From IMG/VR virus record IMGVR_UViG_3300046653_000093, positions 62,001-126,000 of that record: DNA of 64,000 bases; one strand, 5' to 3'. Below are positions 16,062-26,286 of the stretch, piece after piece (the stretch's first letter is position 1; every line of letters starts with the position of its first letter). The notes beneath the pieces were generated by a model. It was not told where the DNA came from. It searched no databases and saw only the letters and a program-made list of their open reading frames with translations. A program made the position numbers and the translations under genes.

Positions 16062-16841
16062 TCATATTGAAATCTTTGCCTGTAGTATTTGGGCTTTACC
16101 ATCTAGAACATCACGAATCCAAGCTTTAGTATCTCCAGGATCTCTTACCGGTACATTATTGAGACCCATCTCAACTGCGGCATAATCGCTGCCGCCTTTG
16201 AAAATCGAATCTCCCACATATACTACATCATCTTTGCTTACATGAAGTCTCTTCATCAGCTCATCAATACCATACTTCTTATTGATACCCTTCATAGATA
16301 CATCAATTGAATTCATACCGGCAATGCGGACATCATAGCTTTGAAGCTTTTTACGCAACGACTCCACCAAGACTCGACGCTTATTGCCATCGACATCCCA
16401 CTTCTCTTTGACTTCAAACGGAACTTTTTGTCCGAGTGCCGCAAAGGTTATTTTAGAATCACAGTTTTCGAATTGCTTACCCCAGAGCTTTTGAGGTGTC
16501 TCAAAAGAAGACTCTGCAATTGCCTCTTCAAAGGCATTATTGATTCGATCAATATCTCGTGTAGCCAGCTTGTGTTGATACGCTGCCACCCAGCCATACC
16601 TTGGCCAGGACTGATATAGGCTTCCACCAGATGCTGGCAGCAAATACAGGTTATTGAGTAATCCCTGATCAAGACTTAGGAGTCCATTGATCTGTTTGCA
16701 AACTTGCTTCCATGGAGCCCCAGAGATTATAGCTACATTATAAGATGGTAAAATCTTACTAATCAACGTTACCATTTCATCGTCTAAGGGGTCTTTGGAT
16801 ACAGTAAGAGTACCGCCAAGATCTAAAACAATTGTCTTCAT
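16062..16841 (-). CDS. HAD-IIB hydrolase, phosphomannomutase-like
   Basis: DLGGTL, IISG, SIDV..KGINK, YVGDSIFKGGSD. Confidence 0.8.
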   Translation of the reverse strand: MKTIVLDLGGTLTVSKDPLDDEMVTLISKILPSYNVAIISGAPWKQVCKQINGLLSLDQGLLNNLYLLPASGGSLYQSWPRYGWVAAYQHKLATRDIDRINNAFEEAIAESSFETPQKLWGKQFENCDSKITFAALGQKVPFEVKEKWDVDGNKRRVLVESLRKKLQSYDVRIAGMNSIDVSMKGINKKYGIDELMKRLHVSKDDVVYVGDSIFKGGSDYAAVEMGLNNVPVRDPGDTKAWIRDVLDGKAQILQAKISI

Positions 16842-17562
16842 ACTATTCTCTGCTACAGAAGTTATAAACTACTCGCCGCTCTCGACTTTTAATAATTCAA
16901 TCCATCCATATCTAATTGCCTTCTTAGCCAAGGACCAATCTAACGTCTGGATTATCGCATTTAGTTTCTGCTCTAAATAGAAATTGTTGTCTCCAACATT
17001 AGTGTATACAATATCATTTGTTCCAATTATTACACTTGGATGTTCAGAACAAAATCCACTTATAATCTTGTAACTTCTATTCCTAATTTGTGACATATAA
17101 TAATGCCTAATTAGACCAATGCCGTATCACTATCTCTCCAAATTCGAATGCTTTCTTTTATTTCACGAGGCAACGAATCAAGCCGGACATACTGTGATAT
17201 AACCGGCTTGGAATTATCACTCTTCAATACAAAAATGGTATCTGGAAGATTTGAATCTTCCACAATTAATACCGTATTGAGTGTTGGAATGTTGGTAGCC
17301 GCAGCCATTACTTAACCCGCTTCTTTACCCGCACCTTTCTCCTGGCAGCCTTGCGCTTGTTGCGAGCCTTTCTCTTTTCTTCCAGTTCTTTTCCCAAAGA
17401 CTGAGAAGCTTCCCTAATTAGTTGTTCTTTTAAATATTCCATATTATTTACTCCACTCTTTATATAACCATTCCTTAATGCACGGACTAAGATTTTCGTA
17501 AAACGAATCATCTGGTAATTTACCAAAGAGATTTACTAAATATAGAAGAAATCTATATTCCA

Positions 17563-18255
17563 TTAAATATCATCCATATCTGGAGAATCATCTCCAACAA
17601 CAACTTCTTTATGTGGAACTCTTCCTATCAAAGATACATGTTCAGTATGTGAATTAATTAGCCAATTATATAGTTCGACAGTGTTTTGGACATCTACCTC
17701 TGCGCTGTGAGCCCCAAGCTTTGGTACTAACCCAATCCCGAGCATGAAGTTGTTCAGACCGAACTTGGGCTTGAGGGCACCGTACTTGTCCCGCTTGATC
17801 TCGACGCCGGCATCAACTTGAGCCTGGGCAATCTTCTCGCCGTTGCGGTGCTTGGCCACGTGCCTCTTAGCGAAGCTCTGAGTGCAAAGCCAAAGATCGG
17901 CTAGGAACTCCTTGCCAGCCTTATCCCAGGCCCGGTGGATGAATTTTCGGTCAAAGGGAGCGTTATGTGCTATGATGCAGCGGCTAGCTTGGGTTTGGCC
18001 GTCCTCCTTGAGGAACATGTCAATGGACTCAATCGCCTCCTCAATCGGAATCCCTTTCTTCAGGTCATCTGGCGTAATCCCTTGAACTTCAAGGGCTTGC
18101 GCGCTATAAACGTGAGGTCGTTTCACCCTAATTTGAAGACTCAATTGTTCTCTATCGATAACTCTAAGTACTGAGATTTGGTTAATCTCATGCACGTCGC
18201 AACTAAGTCCGCTAGTTTCCGTATCTATGATATAATAATGTATTCCGTTTGACAT
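17563..18255 (-). CDS. DEDDh 3'-5' exonuclease (DnaQ/RNase T-like) 1
   Basis: IDTETSG, AHNAPFD, AHSAEVD. Confidence 0.88.
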   Translation of the reverse strand: MSNGIHYYIIDTETSGLSCDVHEINQISVLRVIDREQLSLQIRVKRPHVYSAQALEVQGITPDDLKKGIPIEEAIESIDMFLKEDGQTQASRCIIAHNAPFDRKFIHRAWDKAGKEFLADLWLCTQSFAKRHVAKHRNGEKIAQAQVDAGVEIKRDKYGALKPKFGLNNFMLGIGLVPKLGAHSAEVDVQNTVELYNWLINSHTEHVSLIGRVPHKEVVVGDDSPDMDDI

Positions 18256-18389
18256 GTATCTTCATGTCAAGATGTCACCAGCTCTCGACGTTTGCTTTTA
18301 AATTTTGGATATCTTGCTGGAAATTTAATTGTTCCATGATAAGGAATCCAAGATGACTCGATATAGAGATATGCGTACATTGCAGTTGA

Positions 18390-18776
18390 TTATCTTGCCT
18401 TTATAACTATCTTGGATTCATATTCTTTAATCATAAGGCAAATCTTAGTCCCAATTAATTTTGATGCATACACCAAGGCATCATCTGGGCTGCTTTTGTT
18501 TGGATTATCTCCAATGAACGCATCAACTCCAGCGTCATATTCAATTGGAAGTATAACAGAGTCATGCACATAAAAACCATCTTTTTTAAGATCTATATTT
18601 GCCTCTATAACATTACCAGGAATACTAATCGACAATCCTATATTTAAATTCTTTCCATATTTCTTTGAGGATTTTACTATAGTTATCAATTGATTTTCAA
18701 GTTCGTCAAGCGCCACCGAAAGATCTCCGCCAATTGCCCGATTAAGTGCCTCTTCTGCTTTTTTGATATCGTACAT
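18390..18776 (-). CDS. Hypothetical protein
   Basis: AGGAG RBS. Confidence 0.5.
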   Translation of the reverse strand: MYDIKKAEEALNRAIGGDLSVALDELENQLITIVKSSKKYGKNLNIGLSISIPGNVIEANIDLKKDGFYVHDSVILPIEYDAGVDAFIGDNPNKSSPDDALVYASKLIGTKICLMIKEYESKIVIKAR

Positions 18777-18831
18777 ATTTACTCCTAATATTTAACTTAT
18801 AATTCTATTATGAACCCACGGCCATCCTCGA

Positions 18832-19113
18832 TTAGAAGTTCTTAACTAACTTAACTAATGATGTATTGGCATCTTTTACAGTAATCTTCTTTCTAAGTAA
18901 TCTTGGTATATCAAGCTCTGGTTTCTCAAGCATGCTTAGTAAATGTGGATTATCTAATTGTTTGAGAGCCTCTGCTTCATCTACTGCAAATGTTTGGAAG
19001 CGTATCTTGGCAGGAACTAATCCCTCAACTAATACAATAAACCTTTGTCGAGGTTTTGGAGCCTCCGCCTTCTTTTGAACTGGCCTTTTACTTTCACCTT
19101 TCTTTTCTACCAT
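18832..19113 (-). CDS. Hypothetical protein
   Basis: AGGAG before ATG 19113. Confidence 0.5.
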   Translation of the reverse strand: MVEKKGESKRPVQKKAEAPKPRQRFIVLVEGLVPAKIRFQTFAVDEAEALKQLDNPHLLSMLEKPELDIPRLLRKKITVKDANTSLVKLVKNF

Positions 19114-19120
19114 AACTCTC

Positions 19121-19969
19121 CTATGTTTTAGATTGTCTTCCAGGTCTGACACACGTTCCTTTATATGGACGCCAAGTTTTCCAAATCTTGTACAATTCAA
19201 ATTTCCTAGATAATGAGAAGTTTGAATTTTCGTATATATGATTCAAAAAAGATAAAGCGTGTCTTCCAACAAAATACACATCAGTTTTACCAACACAACT
19301 ATTTATATCATACTTATCGCAAAACTTCTCAATATCAAATCTCATAGCATCTGAATATGATGTTATCTTACATCTTGGAGATGTACATCCGAACCAAGGA
19401 TTTGTAATACTACCATCACTATCACTCAGCCCCCTAATAAAGTGCCACATTAATTCATCCGGTAGGTTTGGTAAAGATAATGAGTAGCATTTTTTACCAG
19501 GAACTATCCTAAGATGACCGCAAATATCTTCTACAATTCTTGTTGAGTTTATTTTCACAGATAGGCAGTTTTCATCAGGTACTATATTGAGTGTCGGCGC
19601 AACAAATGATCGTAGTAAATTCAAGCTCTCCACATCGTTTTTGTTGGCGTGAAGAGCAATCCGTTTGTTGTCGATGCTGCCATCACCAGCTATCAAACCT
19701 AATAGGTAAGCCTTGATTTCCGAGTCTATTTCTAAGAAACACGTTTCATTCTTTCGGTGTACAAACGCACCATTTCTTTCCCCAACATTCACCGACTTGT
19801 TATAGCAGTATGTGCAAATATCTTTATCTTGATTTTTTAATCTAGACTTTACAATCCACCTGTATCCCTTTAAATATCGACCCTTACATTTGATAGAAGA
19901 TTTTAAGTCACACTCTATCAGTACCTTAGAATTTGTATTTTTGTAACTAGATAGGTCTACAATAACCAT
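19121..19969 (-). CDS. LAGLIDADG homing endonuclease with N-terminal zinc-binding region
   Basis: AYLLGLIAGDGSI and HFIRGLSDSDGSI. Confidence 0.88.
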   Translation of the reverse strand: MVIVDLSSYKNTNSKVLIECDLKSSIKCKGRYLKGYRWIVKSRLKNQDKDICTYCYNKSVNVGERNGAFVHRKNETCFLEIDSEIKAYLLGLIAGDGSIDNKRIALHANKNDVESLNLLRSFVAPTLNIVPDENCLSVKINSTRIVEDICGHLRIVPGKKCYSLSLPNLPDELMWHFIRGLSDSDGSITNPWFGCTSPRCKITSYSDAMRFDIEKFCDKYDINSCVGKTDVYFVGRHALSFLNHIYENSNFSLSRKFELYKIWKTWRPYKGTCVRPGRQSKT

Positions 19970-21560
19970 GACATCCCTCACATTTTCCACAAAAGAAACG
20001 AAAATATTCAATTTATTGCTATCCGTAGTTACTACTAAAACACCAAGTACCATTCTACGAGTAGCTGGGGGTTATATTAGGGATAAGTTATTATGCCTAG
20101 ATTCCAATGACATAGATATTACCGTTGATAATATGACTGGCGAAGCTTTTGCCAATTTAGTCAGCAACTACATGACTGAACATGGACTCAAAAAGCAGAA
20201 CGTTACTGTTGTAGGGGCAAACCCAGATCAATCGAAACATCTAGCTACTGCTATGATCAAACTGTTCGGGCTGCCGATCGACTTCGTGAATCTGCGTACA
20301 GAGACATACGCAACAAGCCGAATCCCAACCATGAAAATGGGCACCCCCGAAGAGGATGCTCAACGTAGAGATCTTACCATCAACTCGCTGTTCTACAATA
20401 TTAATAATGGCGAAATTGAGGATTATGTAGGCGGAATCAAAGACCTTCGTGCAGGCATTGCGCGCACCCCTCTCGATCCGATGCAAACATTTCTTGACGA
20501 TCCTTTGCGCATTCTTCGAACGGTTAGGTTTGCGGCTAAGTACGGACTGGAACTTGATCCGGCTATCATTACAGCTGCTCACAAACCAGAAGTCAAAAAA
20601 TCATTCAAGAACAAGATTTCAAATGATCGCATCTGGGCTGAGCTTGCCGGCAAGAAAGAAGGCGACAAGTACAAGGCCGGTGCTCTGATTGGCCAAAACC
20701 CAACACGCGCCATCGAGCTGCTAAAAGAGCTTGGCTTGATGGAGGCGATATTTGACCCCACACCAGAAGAGGTCAAGAACCTGGCTCCGCCCCCAAAGCC
20801 GCCAGAAGACCCAAACGTCCCTGTTGAACCACCGCGCGAAGAACGAATGGTTCCATGGGAAACTCCACAGAACAACCCTCATCATCAGTTCGATATTTGG
20901 AATCATACTCTGCAAGTGGTGAAGAATCTAATTGATCAAACACCACAACCAATTCGTGAAGACCAAGAGACGTACCTTGTGCGTAACCTAGCAGCATTGC
21001 TGCATGACATAGGAAAACGATACACTGGAATTCAACGCACTTCGGAGAACGGCGGTCATACCTCATATCATGGACATGAGGAAACCTCTGCTAGATTGGC
21101 TAATGCCGTACTAAACAGATTGCGAGTTCCACAGAATATTATCAAAAGAGTTATGGATTTGATTTCTGTGCACTTGCGCCCTCATACCCTATTGGATCAG
21201 GGAAGTTCCAGGAACTATCGAAGATTCGTTCGTGATTATCCTGATTGGGAGCATAGTGTCGATCTTGCTATTGCTGACAATCTTGGGAAGCAAAACTTCA
21301 CTCAGGAACAAGTAGAAACTGAGAAACAAAAGTACGAAGACTTGCGTGGAAAAATCCAAGAATCCATGCAGTGGTCAAACCATAACCCACGACACAACCG
21401 GACTATTCCTCGTCCAATTACTGGCAATGACCTCATTGCCATTGGTATAAAGCCAGGCCAAATCATGGGTCAGATTATGGCGGCTCTCGACGAAGCCCTG
21501 CTGGACAATCCAGGTATGAGCAAAGAAGAAGCTCTTGATTTAGCAAGAACCTTTATTTGA
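19968..21560 (+). CDS. cca: Class II CCA-adding tRNA nucleotidyltransferase with C-terminal HD domain
   Basis: AGGYIRD..DIDI, DFVNLRTE, EDAQRRDLTINSL, DDPLRILR..RFA; HD motif LLHDIGK. Confidence 0.92.
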   Translation: MTSLTFSTKETKIFNLLLSVVTTKTPSTILRVAGGYIRDKLLCLDSNDIDITVDNMTGEAFANLVSNYMTEHGLKKQNVTVVGANPDQSKHLATAMIKLFGLPIDFVNLRTETYATSRIPTMKMGTPEEDAQRRDLTINSLFYNINNGEIEDYVGGIKDLRAGIARTPLDPMQTFLDDPLRILRTVRFAAKYGLELDPAIITAAHKPEVKKSFKNKISNDRIWAELAGKKEGDKYKAGALIGQNPTRAIELLKELGLMEAIFDPTPEEVKNLAPPPKPPEDPNVPVEPPREERMVPWETPQNNPHHQFDIWNHTLQVVKNLIDQTPQPIREDQETYLVRNLAALLHDIGKRYTGIQRTSENGGHTSYHGHEETSARLANAVLNRLRVPQNIIKRVMDLISVHLRPHTLLDQGSSRNYRRFVRDYPDWEHSVDLAIADNLGKQNFTQEQVETEKQKYEDLRGKIQESMQWSNHNPRHNRTIPRPITGNDLIAIGIKPGQIMGQIMAALDEALLDNPGMSKEEALDLARTFI

Positions 21561-22236
21561 TGCTTCTGCCTTTGCTTTAGAAAACTCCTCTATAAGTTCT
21601 GGCTTGGCAGAAAATACACAATTTTCATCACGCGCTGTATCACGGCATCCATTTTCATGTTTACAGTATTCACAAGTCCATGCCCTGTGAAGTTCATATA
21701 AAGTTTCTGGTTTCCAGAGTCCCATCATGTTTCCTTACTGCGTAGATTGGTTTCGATAATCGCGCAACCTGCGCCTAACGATTCCCAGATACAATTCAAC
21801 CTCCTCTTCATCCTCAAGTGGTCCGAAGAGGTACATGACAACAGCCAGACAAGCTGTATGCTCTAGGGTTTTTGTGTCTGGGAATTGCTTTTCGAAGTTT
21901 TCGACAAGCTCCACTATACGCGGCTTGTATCGACTATCATCATTCCACGATTTATTCTTGCAAATCTCTTCCCATTCTTTAATCATTTTTCATCTCCAAC
22001 AATAACTGTCCTAATAGCCCTAGGATGGCCGGATAATGCGCGAGGATTAATGAACCCAATTCCAATACGCTCAACTATTCTAAATTCTCCACCCAGTAAG
22101 TCAGGTAATACTTCTGGCTTTGGCCCCTTCCAGATATGTCTTTCAGGATTAATTGGAGTCATCTCAATTACAATCTCATTAGCAGGATGAAGATCATCCT
22201 CGGTAATATCTGGGTAGCCTTCTCTTTTAATAACAA

Positions 22237-23271
22237 TCATAGTATGATGCTATGTGGATGTGATTCTTTCAAGCCAGCATTGGATATTACTACAAACTCA
22301 GGATCTAATTTCAGTTCTTTAAGATTGCGCGCACCTTGATATGAGCACCCACTTCTTATACCCTCAGTAAGTTTAATAACAACGTCAGCAACTTTTCCCT
22401 TATAGGGGACAAGGGCAACAACACCCTCTATATGATTTTGTTTATGGGTAGAGCTACCCTCATACTTCTTGAATTTTGAACCTCCATCTAAGATGCCTGT
22501 GGGCCTATAACGATCATCAATAACCGAACCTGGCGCTTCATCAGTTCCAGCAAATAGATTGCCAATCATTACCAGATCTGCAAAGGCCAAAGCCTTCACA
22601 CAATCACCTGCGCTCTTGATTCCGCCATCGGCTATAAATATTGGCCATTCGCCATCGTGCTCACCATAGCAACCATTGCATACGTTGTCTAAAGCGCTGA
22701 GTTGTGGATATCCATTGCCAGTCTCAATTCTTGTTGTGCAAAGAGATCCTGGCCCAACACCAATCTTGATAATATCAGCTCCAGCACTCCACAGATGATT
22801 GGCCCCGGTCTCAGTAACCACATTACCAGCTATAATAAGAATGCTTGGATATTTGGCGCGAATATCTGCAACAAAATCATATACTTTATCATGATCTCCA
22901 TGGGCAACATCTACGCAAATTACATTGCACCCAATGTTATAGAAATCACTTACTAATACTTTATCCTCATCCTTTATACCAACTGAAACCCCAATCAACC
23001 CATCAGATACCGAGTTCCTAGCTGTATCGAAGTTCTTTAGAAGAGTTATATGGTCATCAAACCGATGAAGGATAGGGAGCCCGCCAAGATTGGCTATGGC
23101 AATTGTCATCTTAATTTCGGTAACAGTCTTCATATTTGCCGAAAGAATAGGCAACTTCAAACTATTACCTTTTGGTAACCTAACTGATAAATCTACATCA
23201 TCGCGAGATTTGAGAGAGCTGCGTTTGGGGATTAGAAGCACATCGTCAAAAGTATATCCTTGAGTGAACAT
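22237..23271 (-). CDS. IMP dehydrogenase/GMP reductase family protein (no CBS domains)
   Basis: TFDDVLLIP, DVAHG, GVGPGSLCTTR, IADGGI. Confidence 0.9.
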   Translation of the reverse strand: MFTQGYTFDDVLLIPKRSSLKSRDDVDLSVRLPKGNSLKLPILSANMKTVTEIKMTIAIANLGGLPILHRFDDHITLLKNFDTARNSVSDGLIGVSVGIKDEDKVLVSDFYNIGCNVICVDVAHGDHDKVYDFVADIRAKYPSILIIAGNVVTETGANHLWSAGADIIKIGVGPGSLCTTRIETGNGYPQLSALDNVCNGCYGEHDGEWPIFIADGGIKSAGDCVKALAFADLVMIGNLFAGTDEAPGSVIDDRYRPTGILDGGSKFKKYEGSSTHKQNHIEGVVALVPYKGKVADVVIKLTEGIRSGCSYQGARNLKELKLDPEFVVISNAGLKESHPHSIIL

Positions 23272-23431
23272 GTGTACTAAATAGTACGGCGAAAAGTATG
23301 CGCTCTCGACGATTCTTATATTGACAGCTCTAAATTGATGTGCATATTGAAACCCAACGAGGAATCCAGAAGGGAGCCCTAGGTATGCTTAGAGGTAGCT
23401 CGATACCTTATAAATCGAGACGAGGATAGTC

Positions 23432-23773
23432 ATGATTATTAAAATGAGAAACGGTAATATAGCTCTCGAAGAGTTAGCTTCTAACGAAAGAACGTCTGGT
23501 GGAATTTACATTCCAACAACAGCCGCTCGTATAGGAAGTCTACGGCACGGTAAAGTAGTTGAAGTTGGCCCCGGTGAATTGGTTCAGGGTCAGTTCGTAG
23601 CGGTAGATTTTGAAAAGGGACAAGAAGTAATCTTTGATGTTTCGCGCTCAGAAACCATAGAGGTTGACGGCAGAAAATTGACCATATGTAATATGGTTGA
23701 TATTATAGCTATCGTAAGCGCTAAGCACTTGTCAGTAGTTCCGACAGCCACAATCCCAAATGAAACCGCTTAA
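23432..23773 (+). CDS. groES: Co-chaperonin GroES
   Basis: ERTSGGIYIP...GKVVEVGPG...DIIAIV. Confidence 0.85.
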   Translation: MIIKMRNGNIALEELASNERTSGGIYIPTTAARIGSLRHGKVVEVGPGELVQGQFVAVDFEKGQEVIFDVSRSETIEVDGRKLTICNMVDIIAIVSAKHLSVVPTATIPNETA

Positions 23774-24011
23774 TTAGGCGCTTCATCTGAGACGGCATCT
23801 GGCTCTACGGCGTATACTTCTATCGAACCATCACTGTTAAGTTCGCACGTGATTTCTCCATCGAAATCATCTGGGAGATCTCTATACCAGATTGCAAAGG
23901 AAATGTATTCAAGCGCTTCTTTAACAGAAAGAGTCTTGTGTCGTGTTACTGCCGGCATAACTATCTCCAATAGTGATCTTGCGTAAGCAAGTGTCTATTA
24001 GATATATAACA

Positions 24012-24713
24012 CTATGCCAAGGAAAGATGTGTCCGCATATTTTTTGCGGCCTCTTCGTCTGACCTAAAATTATTGATATCAAACAATATACCATTATGGT
24101 ATTCATTACCCATGGTAATATTATCTTGCCTATCATCAAAATACTTTACTTCTCTTCCCCATCCATAATTAATTAAGAAGCTCTGGAAAAACAATCTAGT
24201 TGGTTTTCTTGCCCCAACATCACAAGAGAAGTGTTGGATACACTTATTAAATATCTTGCAATTATCACGAACGAAATAAGCGTGATCTGGTCCTATATTA
24301 GATAGAAGGGCAACATCATAATTATTACCAATCAATTCTTCTACAAGATCTATCATTGGTAATGATGGTGAGAATGTTTCCATCCATCTGTCATGAATAT
24401 CCTGTAGTGTCTTATTTGATAGATGTGGATTTAGTTGATAGAAGCTTTGCTTTATATCGTATAACCCAATTTCCTGAGAGTGCTGAAAGCTGCCTCCCAT
24501 GAACTCATAAGCCAAACTGGTATTCTCAACTATATTGAGACCAATCAACAGATCTAATAGTGGGGTAAGATCAAAATGAAATAAGACATTCCCAATATCA
24601 AATGCGACCTTCCTAACCGGACTAATCTGAATGTAATCTTTCGTCAAGCTGCCTCCATTTTTGAACAGATAGAGATGGGTGGGGAGCTGAACGCTCGACC
24701 TGCCTCTTGACAA
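24012..24713 (-). CDS. HAD-superfamily phosphatase
   Basis: FDIGNVL, LLSN, RKP, FDDR..N; true start uncertain. Confidence 0.75.
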   Translation of the reverse strand: MSRGRSSVQLPTHLYLFKNGGSLTKDYIQISPVRKVAFDIGNVLFHFDLTPLLDLLIGLNIVENTSLAYEFMGGSFQHSQEIGLYDIKQSFYQLNPHLSNKTLQDIHDRWMETFSPSLPMIDLVEELIGNNYDVALLSNIGPDHAYFVRDNCKIFNKCIQHFSCDVGARKPTRLFFQSFLINYGWGREVKYFDDRQDNITMGNEYHNGILFDINNFRSDEEAAKNMRTHLSLA

Positions 24714-25473
24714 AATCCATATTCATTGATCTGCCAATATTAATCGCAACTCCATACCACTGCAACAATTGCGCATTTAGCACTTGTTCAATTTCTGATG
24801 GATTGGGACTTATAAAGAAAGACTTCCCAGAATACAAACAATCTGATACAAAGCTTGTTTCGCCTGTAGTTACCAAAGAGTTTTCAGGAATTAGTCTTTG
24901 AATATTTGATATGTCTATTTCTGATGTCAACTCTTTAGGGCTTGTAGTATATGGTCTTACCCACTCAAAGCCGCGCTTCAATAATGGCCTAGCTGAAATA
25001 TCACAGAGTGGAGAATACACTAGATAAGCGTCACCACGCGGTAGTGATTTGAGATACAGTTTCGTTGTATCCATTATCTTGGTATTCAGCTCTTTTCGTT
25101 CATGCTCAATACCAATCATCTGGAGCATTGGACTGCAATACCATAGCGGAACTTCCAATACTTTTGCAACCATCGCTGTGAAGAACTCACAATCGCTGAT
25201 CACTAATTCTGGTCCCCACTCCAATAGATCATTGATGATCATGTCTGCCATATCATGATCCACTGGTGGTCCGGCAATCCCATACTTATCTTTGAAGTAG
25301 TTCTTCTCACATCGGACAGATAGTGCATCCAAACACCAATCTATAGATTGTAGATATATACTATTTCTATAGTAAGCGGCAATGCTAACCTCATGTTCCT
25401 GAGCATGCTGAAGAAATCGAGACAACATGATATTGGAACCTATGTTATTGTTAGCTCCAAACAGAATTTTCAT
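24622..25473 (-). CDS. GT-B glycosyltransferase-like protein (MJ1255/VC2487-like)
   Basis: PELVISDCE..., TTG...SDCLYSGK...P...EQVLNA. Confidence 0.6.
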   Translation of the reverse strand: MKILFGANNNIGSNIMLSRFLQHAQEHEVSIAAYYRNSIYLQSIDWCLDALSVRCEKNYFKDKYGIAGPPVDHDMADMIINDLLEWGPELVISDCEFFTAMVAKVLEVPLWYCSPMLQMIGIEHERKELNTKIMDTTKLYLKSLPRGDAYLVYSPLCDISARPLLKRGFEWVRPYTTSPKELTSEIDISNIQRLIPENSLVTTGETSFVSDCLYSGKSFFISPNPSEIEQVLNAQLLQWYGVAINIGRSMNMDFVKRQVERSAPHPSLSVQKWRQLDERLHSD

Positions 25474-25685
25474 GCATTTCCAGTGTCATAGGCATTGAAG
25501 ATCATGTCATCTTCTATTTCTACAGAATCACCAGGACATAGCGTTCCTGCACGCTGCATATCACCAACAACTTTGCCTCTGTAAGTTACACTTATGATTC
25601 TACTGGGATTATATCCAGCACGAGAAAGTATCTCTTCATAAGTAAGTTTCAGTGGTTTTTTATTACCGTTTATTGTAATTTCCAT
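25470..25685 (-). CDS. Ubiquitin-like (multi-ubiquitin/beta-grasp) protein
   Basis: ITING...LTYEEI...SVTY...GTLCPGDSVEIEDDMIFN...TGNA. Confidence 0.65.
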   Translation of the reverse strand: MEITINGNKKPLKLTYEEILSRAGYNPSRIISVTYRGKVVGDMQRAGTLCPGDSVEIEDDMIFNAYDTGNA

Positions 25686-26065
25686 TATTCTTCCTCATTC
25701 GCAATCCAAGCTAGAACATGACCATGGCATAGCTTAGGGCTACAAAAGCAGCCGAGCACTTTAGATTTCAATTCTCTCTTAATCATAGCCATCATTTCTG
25801 GCTGTGATCGTATCCATTCCTCATATTTTTTTACGGCCTCAGCTCTTGATTCAACTTTGAATTTTGCTAAAGTACCATCTTCATGGGAGAACGGATTTCC
25901 ATATTTCGAAGGACGTCCAATATAGACATCATAAGGTTTTTTACCTTTATTAACTACTAGATGCCAAATTTTTCTAAAATCCATATCGAAGTCCCAGCCC
26001 CAAATATCTATCATATCATGATCAGATATATACAAACTTTCCTGTAACATATTATTTAAATACAC
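25685..26065 (-). CDS. DUF4326 protein
   Basis: YDVYIGRPSKYGNPF...LGCFC.P..CHGHVL. Confidence 0.85.
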   Translation of the reverse strand: MYLNNMLQESLYISDHDMIDIWGWDFDMDFRKIWHLVVNKGKKPYDVYIGRPSKYGNPFSHEDGTLAKFKVESRAEAVKKYEEWIRSQPEMMAMIKRELKSKVLGCFCSPKLCHGHVLAWIANEEE

Positions 26066-26286
26066 CTAATTTTAGACCATGTGGTCTTACGCGCATTACG
26101 CTACCCTCGGATATAACAACCAAATGATTTTTTTCTTTATAACCCTTGCCTTAGGAAGCTTGCTCTTATACAGAAAGAATAACCATTCCAACAGCTCATC
26201 ATTTGCATAGTAAGCCACATTGAATATTTTATCACTAATTCTTTCGTATTCTTTGTCAGTCATCACTATCAACTATAGTTGTCAAA

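Noticed and set aside
23321-23348. Sigma-70 promoter (TTGACA...CATATT) before groES
   Set aside because: The -35 is perfect but the -10 is weak with 16-nt spacing; not enough support to call.
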